DNA from: Porphyridium purpureum
Lineage: Eukaryota
DNA: 64,000 bases
Direction: 5' to 3'
Assembly (NCBI GenBank): GCA_008690995.1
Contig: VRMN01000014.1
Coordinates: 1-64,000 of the forward strand
Part shown: one piece after another, positions 22,108 to 31,577 of the stretch
Layout: each line of letters starts with the position of its first letter
Numbering within the stretch: the stretch's first letter is position 1
The notes under the pieces: generated by a model
What the model was told of the DNA's origin: nothing
The model's database searches: none
The model's input: only the letters and a program-made list of their open reading frames with translations
Translations under genes and position numbers: made by a program

Positions 22108-25100
22108 TCATTTCTGAACGATCTTGTTCAATTTCGAATAATTCGTACCTAAACTCCACAGAAGCCTGTCCCTGTGTGCCGTGAATCTCTCACCTTGCAA
22201 TGGCTTGGTGAGTGTGTCTGCAACCAAATCTGCGGTCGGCCAGTATACAATTCTCTTTTCACCCTTGTTGGCTGCATCGTGCACCACAAAGTATCTATCA
22301 CTTATGTGCTTCGTACGCGCGGAGCTGGGACGTCCATTTTTCATCAGCGCAATCGCCGATTTGCTGTCTTGTAACAAGATCGACTCCGTAACCTTGTAAC
22401 CTTGGGCTTTGAGAAAACGAGCTGCCCACACTATCTGACCGAGGCTGTCGCTAGCCGCCACTAATTCTGCCTCGGTCGAGCTTTTGGTTACTAAGCGCTG
22501 TTTGCCACGCCGAGCGTAGACGGCTCCGGTCCCGAGAGTGACGTAGGCACCTGTTACACTTTTGAAGTAATCACTGGCCGCGTACGAAGCGTCCACACCG
22601 CTGATCACCATTCCATGCTTACAGGCCGCTAGCTTCAACTTCAAGTCCCTCGTTGCGTTCAAATACTTGATCACTCTTCGCAGCTTGTCCCAATCCCGCG
22701 CTGTCGGCTCTTGCACTCTTGTTGTCAGGTAGCCAACCGCCGTGAGTAAGTCTGGGCGTGTACGCTTTGCCACGTACAAAAGTTTACATGAGTAAGTATG
22801 GAACCTCTCTCTGTCTTTCGCGCTCAGAGGCTCCCCTGTTCCCACTTCATACAATCCTGTGCCAGCTGGCGTCTTGGCAGTACCACGTTCCCCAAAGTCC
22901 TGTATTAGCGCATGTACATACCCGTTCATGCTTACACTCACTTCGCCTTTTCGACTAAAATCAAATTTCATTCCCAGATACTCAATAAAGTCGCCCTGCT
23001 CAGTCTTGAGGTCCGGGTATCTCGTACGCATCTCGTTCAGAACCTTCTTCACTCCGTGCGCAGTAGGAGCAAACACTATAACATCGTCCACATGTATTGC
23101 CAAGGTGACTGCGCCTTTCTTGAACACGCACTGGTCATACTTGTTTTCCGAAAATCCCATCTCCAGAAACATTTTGCGCACTGTGGCGAACCACTGCTTT
23201 TCTGCCATCACGGTACCGTAGAGCGCTTTGTTAAGCACGCAGGTCAAAGATCCATCTTTTCGTACGAACGATCTGTACTTATCATCCAGCTCACAACGCA
23301 CTTGCGACAAGTATCTATTCAACGTCACGTGCACTTTCGGCCCTTCCTCCGGCATCGGCGCATTGAGGAATGCACCCGGGAAGTCCGCTTTGCCCACCGC
23401 GCAGTTCGAGCTAGCGCCGACCGCTGCCAGCAGCAGCACGCTGTCCGTGCCGACCGTCGGGGATGATCGCTGTGGATACAGAGTCGGATCTTGATGGTTG
23501 CCTCCGGCAACGACTCTCGCCTTCAAGCCCGTCATTTTTCCGCCGCTGTCGAGTTTCTCTTTCAGAAATATATGTGTCGGCAAAATGCGCATCCTCTCCT
23601 CGGCTGTCAGATCACGCACATTCACTGGAGCTACCACACCAAACCCATGACGATTGTCAACTTGTGCAACTTCTCGCACTGTCGCTTTTGCAGCCTCGGG
23701 CCCGTATTTTCGAAATGCAGATCTTAAATTCATGTTCATCGCAAGTCCGTCCCTCGTTTTGATCATAACGAACGCTCTACCCTTTTTTGTTCTTTTTGCT
23801 TGCTTCGTGTCTTCAGTTTTCCTCTTCGTCCCACGAAATTCCTGCTCCGCCGCTTCCGTCAACTGCTTCTTTCGCTTTTCCAGTTCCTCGATACGCATGG
23901 AAATTTTCTCGGCCTCTTGTTTGTACCTTACGATCAGCTGTGTTTTGAGTTTTGACTCTCGTTCTTCAATTTGCTCCAGACGCTGGTCTATCTCACGATT
24001 TCACTTTCCTGCTAGCTGATCTATTTGAGTGCCAATATAAATTTGTTCGCTTGCGAAGGATAGTGGGTCCGCATTTCCATTCGTTCTTTCATCTTGAAGC
24101 GTATTCTCGGACACGATGCCCATCTCGTCGACGTTTTTATTCTCTTCCGGTCCTGGCTTTGCAGCTCGTTCGGTGACTGCCGCTGGGCTCAAGGACTGCT
24201 CTGTGGCATTGAATTGTCGTGTCGTCGCCGATGTGCTCTTAATCTCTGGTGCAATGCCAAGATCGCAAGGGTCAACGATATCCTCTGTGCTGAGTTCGTG
24301 AACTTCATTCTTTTCATCATTGAAGTCAACATCCTGCTTCAAACTTAACGCTTCACTCCGTGCGCTGATTTCGTCTTGTCTTCTCTCATAAGGCAGACTG
24401 AGGTCGGAATCGTGTATGTTCCCGAGTTTCGCCCCGTCTTCATTTGGAAGGCCAGCTTCTACATCAGTTTCTGGAATCGGAACTGACTCTACCTCTGCAC
24501 CGCGATTGTCTATTTCTTCTTCTGGCTGACCATCGACATCATTCTGCGGTTCAGATTCCTTTCTGTGCGAGTCCAGAGACTCTTTGATTTCTTCTGCACT
24601 GCCTTTTGATTCTGCAATTTCGTTGACTCTCCCAACGACATCTTCAGGCGCTGGTAACTGTATCCACTTCTGCCTCACTGTCGTGCGCTTAGTGTGCAAA
24701 TCAAAAAACAACCAAGAGCCGGCTAAATTCATGGTCGGCCGCAGTGCTATGCACCCAACTGAACGCTCTTGCATTGTGTTGTTGACTGTCTTGCTTAGAA
24801 CTTGACAGTAGTCGCCAAAACCTAACGCTAGGTCTTCGCCGGCATCTATCAGTCGGCCCGTGACATCTTCATGTGGTTATCGACCTTCGCAGGTTTCCAC
24901 AGGGGACACACTACTCCTCATCATATTGACTCGCTGCACACAGTATTCGGCTAAGAAAGGAGTCCACGATTTTGGCATGACGAATCGCAGTCCACTTAGC
25001 ACGCAGCGCATGCGCTCTTTGATCTGCTTGATCGCTCTCTCTGCTGCTTGCACCATTTCACCGGCCTCCAAAATTTCAGGGATCACTTTCTGCGCTTTCT

Positions 25101-26004
25101 TCCATTCTATCACGGATTCGACTCCGCTTTCCGGATCGCTTCTTATCTCTTTCACTGTCACGCCATGGCCTTTCATCCTACTGATTTGACTCGTGAGCCC
25201 CGCACGCAGGTGTTCACTGCTCTTGCTCCGTACACGATCTATCAATACATACTGCTGTGGTTTGCATACGCTCACGAGGAACGCGTACCCGTTTACAAAC
25301 ATGATATCTGTGCGCAGAGCCTCGTCTTGTTCCGTTTGCTGCGCTCGCTCTGACTCCATTGGGCTGACGTGTCCTGTGCTGCGCCCTTTTATCACCGCGA
25401 GGGCAGGTCCCCATATTGCTTCGGCCCTATCCACATCACGCACGGTAATACCACTGTTCAGGATGCCTCCGTTTCGTATCGCTTCCTTTAGGTTCTTGAT
25501 GGATGGGTAGGCCAACCTTCTCGAAAGGTCGCGCGCTGCCTTCACTGCACGAATCTGTCTAGTGGTATAGTCTTTCTCTCGTTCGGCTGCCGTGCTTCCC
25601 ATGGGTGCAGTAGTACCTTCCTTGAAGGCTGGTGCAGCGGTGTAGATATAGTCTGCGCGCGGTTTGAAAACTAATGTATCTTTACCATTGGTCAAACTGA
25701 AGCTGTTTGATCCAGTGTGGTATCGTACCTTGTGGCCATCCGCACGCAGTCTACCAAGGCTGAACACATTTCCGCACACTCTGTTGGCGTGATGTGCTGT
25801 ACCAAATGCCGTGTCTCCTATTTGCGTCACGCTCACCAGCTTTCGCTTGTTGATCCCGCTTAGTGACAAAACTTGCAAAGCAGGTCGGTTGTTCACCAAC
25901 AAGTGACCGTCTCTAAAGACATGATCTGAGGAACAGCTGTCCAATCCAATCTCACCCTGTGCGAAAGCTGCACTATCGGCCAACGTAGTCGCGCGCCGCT
26001 TCAA
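22108..26004 (-). pseudogene. pol: pol of D (protease, integrase, RT, RNaseH), broken into at least three ORFs
   Basis: GLDSCSSDH; TDIM, RSDPES, AAERAI; KARVVAGGN, KALYG, IHVDD; VDASYA, SSTEAEL, RTKHI. Confidence 0.9.
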
Positions 26005-26022
26005 TTGCGACGCGCCGCGCCG

Positions 26023-27201
26023 TCACTCACTTTCCGAAGTCGACGCAGCGTCCAGGCTCTCTTCGTCTTCCGCGAACCCCACTTGCGTCATGCCCCTGCG
26101 TTTCGAATCTTTCTTGAGCTTCTGTTTCATATCCTCCACTTCTTTATTAAGCGCCTCCACCATGTCCGGCTGTGGACAATCATCACGTATATGTTCAAGT
26201 TTTCCGCACCCAAAACAACGAATTTGCTTGCGCTTTGAGTGCTCCCTTTTCGTCGTAGGTTCAGTGTGCTCGCCATGGTCGTCGTCACTGACTGTTCCTC
26301 TTTCAACTAAGAACGAAATCCCCCCACGTGGAACTACGGGCTGCGGTAGCGTTTTGTACTCGGACACTATGCGCACGGCCGCATCGACAGTATCCATCGA
26401 TACGCGACTGTTCATCAGCTGAACAATCGTCTGTCGGTAGCCACCGGACAGTTCCAATTTGCGAGTGAATTCAATCGCGAGTCTCTTCGGATCACCGGTC
26501 GGCTCTCCCACTGCTTTCATGGCCCGCACAGTCGCGTCAAATCTTCCTCGAAATTGTGCGATAAGATCGCCGGGCTCTACCGCCAACCTGTGATACATTT
26601 CGCACGCATACTGCTGGTTTTTCACAGGGTCGCTCGAACCCCGTGTCATATGCACCGACAGCACCAGCTCAGCGAGCTTCAACGGATCATTCGCTGACGC
26701 TGCCATTTCAGCATACTGTTCAGTACGCTTCATCGCATCGATGGACGCCGCGCTCAACTGTCCCATGATCAGCGCGTACACTTTGGCTTTCTGTTCGCTC
26801 AAATCTCTTTTCTTCTTGTGATATTCATGCAATATCATCTTTACTCGCTCGACATTTATGAGGGAGGCAAGGTCTTGGGGAAACCCGTCGAGCCCATCTT
26901 CAGTAAACTCTTCGACTGACGGTGGGTCCACCACAGGATACTTCATCCCGCAGTCACTCAGGTCTAAGATTACACCGATCTCCCCAACATGGTGACGCAC
27001 GTAGTTCTCCATCGAAGAGAACCACGACACCACGGCAAAAGCCGGCGTGGCGCCTCTTGCGGAGTATTGCAGCAGTGGCAATTCTGCTAGTGCTCCGCGC
27101 TCACGAGACGATGCAGAAGTCTGTCCCTTTCCACGCGTGCTTCCGCGCATACGCATCGTCCCTCCGGCTCCGCGTCCAACCGCTCCGCCCCTGGTAGCCA
27201 T
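26023..27201 (-). CDS. gag: Gag of D
   Basis: 392 aa ORF starting 13 nt after the 5' LTR; CFGCGKLEHIRDDC knuckle. Confidence 0.85.
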   Translation of the reverse strand: MATRGGAVGRGAGGTMRMRGSTRGKGQTSASSRERGALAELPLLQYSARGATPAFAVVSWFSSMENYVRHHVGEIGVILDLSDCGMKYPVVDPPSVEEFTEDGLDGFPQDLASLINVERVKMILHEYHKKKRDLSEQKAKVYALIMGQLSAASIDAMKRTEQYAEMAASANDPLKLAELVLSVHMTRGSSDPVKNQQYACEMYHRLAVEPGDLIAQFRGRFDATVRAMKAVGEPTGDPKRLAIEFTRKLELSGGYRQTIVQLMNSRVSMDTVDAAVRIVSEYKTLPQPVVPRGGISFLVERGTVSDDDHGEHTEPTTKREHSKRKQIRCFGCGKLEHIRDDCPQPDMVEALNKEVEDMKQKLKKDSKRRGMTQVGFAEDEESLDAASTSESE

Positions 27202-28580
27202 CGCTATAGTTTTGCGTTGGGAATTCTTCTCTCCCCGCTCGTGTTCTGTCCACTCGAACTAGTTCATCACGTTAACAAGACTACAGTTTTCGCACCTTCA
27301 CTCCCTGCCGAAAAGATCAGGGACCTCGGCACTGTTTGCGCCTCGTGCAGTCTCTACTTATGTAGCAAGTCAAACACGGCTTTCGTTCGTGCGATCCGGC
27401 CGAGCCCCTGTAACCGACATTGAGCTCATGAGTACACTGATCGTGGTAAAATCGGTCCCGCTAAACCGCGAACGGCCGCTTGACGCTGTATAAATAGGTC
27501 GCAAGAAACGACCATGCGGCGATCCGCAGCTTAGAAGCAAGAGACTCTCTTTGTGGGTGAGGTAAAAGTTCATCGCGTTTCGAAGCGATTGGGAGGTAGC
27601 GTTGAGTAGTATCCGCGCCTCGTAGAGTCCGCCACATTGTGTGGCCCACGCGTTGTCTGTCTTGTTGCTTGCACCCTACGCACCCTTCGAGGGCAGCGGC
27701 GATCACTCTCGGTCGATGTCTTGGGGCACCTCTCCAAGCTGATGACTGTACATTGCCTCTCTCACGGCCATCGTGCTTGATTTTCAACAGGAAGGTTTCA
27801 ACGAAGAGGCATTTGTGTTGGCTCAAGCTCGATTATGAAACCTAGGTACTGGAGGTGGACATGCGCGCCGCTGGCTGTGGCCGTCAGATAAGGAGTGTAT
27901 GTTATTTGTTTCCCGACAGACCTTCACAAGTAAACGTCGTTGTTGCAACTCCGTGTCAACCAGGGCGCTCGGAGCGAGGTTATACACCTACAATTTGTGC
28001 TCTAGGAAACTTCAGGGAAATAAAGTCCCCCGAAGTTTCCTAAGGCACAGCGACGAGCTCACGGCAGCGTATAAAGTCCGCGCGGTAACCTTTCCTTTCC
28101 CCTTCCGCCGACCGCTTGGGATGCGCGCGCGTGCCGCCGGCTCGGTGGTGGGCTAGACTGAGTGATGGGCGCTCACACGTCGACGCGTGATCTCGCCGCC
28201 CCGCTTTGCAACTCTCAACACACAGGGAGAACAAACACTTTACGCCACCGTACGCCTCTAGCCTCTTACCTTTAAAAAACGGAGAGCTGCCCGCCGGCGA
28301 TCTCCACACCATCACTTGTAAAGTGCTCTACCCTGGCGGCGAACACCAAGCGCAATCATCATTGTTTGCTCGGTGCTAACTGTACTGAGGAGTACACTAC
28401 CAGACGGACGTACAGTAGGTCGTTCGGGTGCGTTTTGGCGCGAAGGGGCGAGTGGTCGCGCAGGGAGTCTCTCTTGCGCTCGACGCACGGCTCGCGTGGA
28501 GATAGGCTTTCATCTGCTGGGGCAGCGGTCGAGCTTCAACCTGGCGACTCGGCGGGGACAGAGCCGCAGCTCAGATAGAG

Positions 28581-29969
28581 ATGTGCTCAGAAGAGAGTAC
28601 GCGCGCTGAGTGCGCGTACGCGGCGTGTGGGAGACCCGGCGACGAGTCCGCGCCGCCTTCGTTCCAAGTGCAGTTCTCGCAATTGTACTTTACGCGTCTT
28701 ATGCAGCTGCGCCCGCACATTGCGCGCGCGGCACGCGCCCAGTGTTGCGATAGCCATGTGGCTCCCGACGGCGACGGCACAAGTGGTGGCTCAGCTGCCT
28801 CGCCAGGCGCGCCGTCGACGCACTTTGCTCAACGCATTCTCGAGGCACGCAGGGACGCGGTCAGCAATGTGCTCATTGGCGTGGCATTCCGCAGCATGAT
28901 TGGCAAGCCGTCCATTCTCGCTGAGTATGCTGCACAGGAACAAAACGGAACGTCGCTCGTGCCACGGCCCCCGCAACACAGCGCGCACAAGTACGAACAA
29001 AGCGCATCGGACACTGTCATTCTCGAGGACGAGACGTCGCGAGTCACGCTCGATCTTAGCCACTTCTCCGGTCCGACGGTTGTCTCTGGATTGGTGATAG
29101 GTGTGCGCGGCTCCGAGTCGCTCATCTCGAAGGGCACCTTTGTGGTACAGGATGTCATATTTCCCGGACTCGCACCGCAGCCACCGTTGAGCTCCACCGG
29201 AGACGTCAAAGGTTTCCGCAAGACAGTTTGCCTGGTGTCTGGGCTAAATTTTGAGCACAAGACGAGTAGTACGTCGCAAACACTGGCGCTGAATATGCTT
29301 CACGAGCTCCTGATGGGAAACGTGGGAATGCACACGTCGTCTGCACAAATTGCGCGTTTGATCGTACTTGGGAATTCCACGGCCGCGCGCTCAGAGCAGG
29401 ACAAGGATGCTGAATATGTGCGCGCGGTGCAGCGGCTTGACTCCTTTTTATCTGGTGTTTGTGCGTCGCTGCCAGTGCACCTTTTGCCCGGGCCTTCGGA
29501 TCCAACAAGCCTGCTGATGCCCCAGCTGCCCTTTCACCAAAGTCTGCTTAAGCAATCAGCGATGACGGGACGCCTTCATCGCGAAATGAACCCGAGCTTC
29601 TTCCAACTCGATGGTGCTACGTTCTTGTGCACGGGCGGACAGTCAGTTGTAGACTTTTTAAAGTACTGCCCCGATGAAGGCGCATCTGCTGCATGCGCAA
29701 TGGACCAGATGTTGCAATGTCGGCATGTGGCGCCAACGGGTCCTGACACGGTGCCGGTGCAGCCGCTCTCGGCCAAGGACCCATTCGTGCTCGATGAGAC
29801 TCCGCGCGTGTTTGTGGCGGGCAACCAGGCAGAGTTTAGCACGTGCCTCGTTCAACAGGATGACATCACGTGCCGCTGTATTGGAATTCCAGCCTTCTCG
29901 GAAAAGCCGTCGGCAGTGCTTTTGGACCTTGATTCACTTGAGGTCAATCAAATCGATCTGAGTGTCTGA
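28581..29969 (+). CDS. POLD2: DNA polymerase delta small (B) subunit
   Basis: QFSQLYFTRL, LEDETSRV, PGPSDPT..MPQ.PFH, RHVAPTGPDT, DPFVL..TP.VFVAGNQ motifs typical of POLD2/Pol31. Confidence 0.93.
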   Translation: MCSEESTRAECAYAACGRPGDESAPPSFQVQFSQLYFTRLMQLRPHIARAARAQCCDSHVAPDGDGTSGGSAASPGAPSTHFAQRILEARRDAVSNVLIGVAFRSMIGKPSILAEYAAQEQNGTSLVPRPPQHSAHKYEQSASDTVILEDETSRVTLDLSHFSGPTVVSGLVIGVRGSESLISKGTFVVQDVIFPGLAPQPPLSSTGDVKGFRKTVCLVSGLNFEHKTSSTSQTLALNMLHELLMGNVGMHTSSAQIARLIVLGNSTAARSEQDKDAEYVRAVQRLDSFLSGVCASLPVHLLPGPSDPTSLLMPQLPFHQSLLKQSAMTGRLHREMNPSFFQLDGATFLCTGGQSVVDFLKYCPDEGASAACAMDQMLQCRHVAPTGPDTVPVQPLSAKDPFVLDETPRVFVAGNQAEFSTCLVQQDDITCRCIGIPAFSEKPSAVLLDLDSLEVNQIDLSV

Positions 29970-30274
29970 ACTTTGACACTGAAAAATTATACTCTAGACC
30001 ACGTGCTGTATGCTGTCACATGCGCGACTCGGCTCTATCGCCATCCGATTCTCCGGCTCGCTTGCACGGTAGTGAAATAGGAAAAATACACAACGTTGCC
30101 TTTCTTGTCCGTCCTGAAGGGAACGAAAACATTCGCGATGGTGTCGCACATTAAAGATTTGACTGCATGGTAACAAGAACAGTCGGTCAAACAAAGTCGT
30201 ACGCGTCTCGGTGCCACAAATGAATCACTGATTCGTTTGCACCCAATACGTACAAACGCAGGCGCGGATTCGCA

Positions 30275-31201
30275 TCATTCACCGAAAGCCTTGGGCACGG
30301 GCGCCGCCCAGGCTGTGCATCGTGGGCATGGTGTCCGCTTAGCCCCGCGGCAAACATGGCACGTCGCAAGATCGGGAGAAATAAGTATACCCACGCCCTT
30401 GCAACGCTCGCAATCAGCCTCTTGTGAGCCGAAGCACAGTTGACATTCTCGCCCCTCGTGCCGCACCGACGCTTCCGCGAGCTTGTCCTTTAAAGCAGTG
30501 TCTACATAGCGGTCAACACGGTCGCGCAGCGCCACAAGAAGATGCGCGCGGGCTGCTAGAGCTTTCATGTCTGCCCGATTGAGACGACCGTCATGGTCGT
30601 ACGGGCAATGGCGGCATCGATGTGTGCGCTTTGGAGCCGCACCAAGAGGAGCATCTTCGGCTGAAATTCCACAGCAGCCAGTTGGGCGCTGCAGCAGGCT
30701 CAGAGCCGTAAATACTGTGTATCCTGTCGCCGGGTCGATATACGTAGCTGCCCCCTTGCTCACTGCAACCTCATGCAATACTCTGATCGCTTTCCTCTGC
30801 TCCATCGGCTTTCCTTCACTCTCGGACCAGGCGGCTGGGGAGGCCGCAGAAAGCACAGACTGCCCGACTTGTACATCTCCGACAATAGCTGCGACCATGT
30901 GCGTGTGTGTCATACCCTTGCACGTCTCGGGGCCCATTTGTATGGTCAAATACGCGCGCAGGTTGGAGCCCGGCAAGTTCAGCAACCTCGCGCAGAGTCT
31001 GTCCGGTTCGTGGCGGAGCTCTGCGCAATGCACCGCCACCGAGAACGCTTGGTCCAGCACGTGTTCGTCGTGTTCATTCTGCGCGCTGCGACTCCACGGA
31101 CTGACTCTGCGCCTGGTGCGATCGAGTCCCACGCACGGGCGCAAGCGCTCGATCCCGCGCGCGTCGTTGTCGCTGGGGCGGCGGCGCACGAGCGCCGGCA
31201 C
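30275..31201 (-). CDS. Cys-rich protein: DUF5522-like domain plus DnaJ-type CxxCxGxG zinc finger; start uncertain
   Basis: LHEVAV..G..TYIDPATGYTVFT...L.R..CCG...CRHCPY, then CQLCFG/CERCKGVG/CHVCRG/CPRC. Confidence 0.7.
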   Translation of the reverse strand: MPALVRRRPSDNDARGIERLRPCVGLDRTRRRVSPWSRSAQNEHDEHVLDQAFSVAVHCAELRHEPDRLCARLLNLPGSNLRAYLTIQMGPETCKGMTHTHMVAAIVGDVQVGQSVLSAASPAAWSESEGKPMEQRKAIRVLHEVAVSKGAATYIDPATGYTVFTALSLLQRPTGCCGISAEDAPLGAAPKRTHRCRHCPYDHDGRLNRADMKALAARAHLLVALRDRVDRYVDTALKDKLAEASVRHEGRECQLCFGSQEADCERCKGVGILISPDLATCHVCRGAKRTPCPRCTAWAAPVPKAFGE

Positions 31202-31577
31202 CGCACCGCGGCGCGGCTGTCACTGCTGCGAGGCCCGCGCGCGCCCTGCGCAGCCACAAACGCCACGGCGGGCATTTCCTGCGGGCGCGCGCAGTCTCGC
31301 GGCTCCTCCCGGACGCACGCCGCGCGCAGCATTCCGCCACGCTCGCGCCACAGGGCTCGCGGCCCTGCCGCGAACGCTTCACGCCTTCGAACGCCTTTTC
31401 TCGGCGGAAATCGCCGGCGGAGCTGTACCCCATGGTACAGCGCCAACGGGTGGAACTGTACCTCAGGTACAGCGCGAGTGCGCACCGGCCGACTTTTGTG
31501 CGGCGCGTCGCTGCGTCCACTGGTGCGGAGCGACGGCGGCACACGGGTCGACGAGCAGAGCGCAGCCGGCAGACAGG

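Larger units (their letters stand above)
21790..27789 (-). mobile_element. Copia element D, full length but degraded
   Basis: Diverged LTRs 21790-22061 and 27215-27789 (TGTTG...CAACG); TSD GGAAG at 21785-21789 and 27790-27794; purine tract GAGGGAG before the 3' LTR. Confidence 0.92.

Noticed and set aside
30567..31577. N-terminal extension of the 1258-aa SPB1 ORF
   Set aside because: Overlaps the opposite-strand gene; homology starts at MGKKGK (31578)
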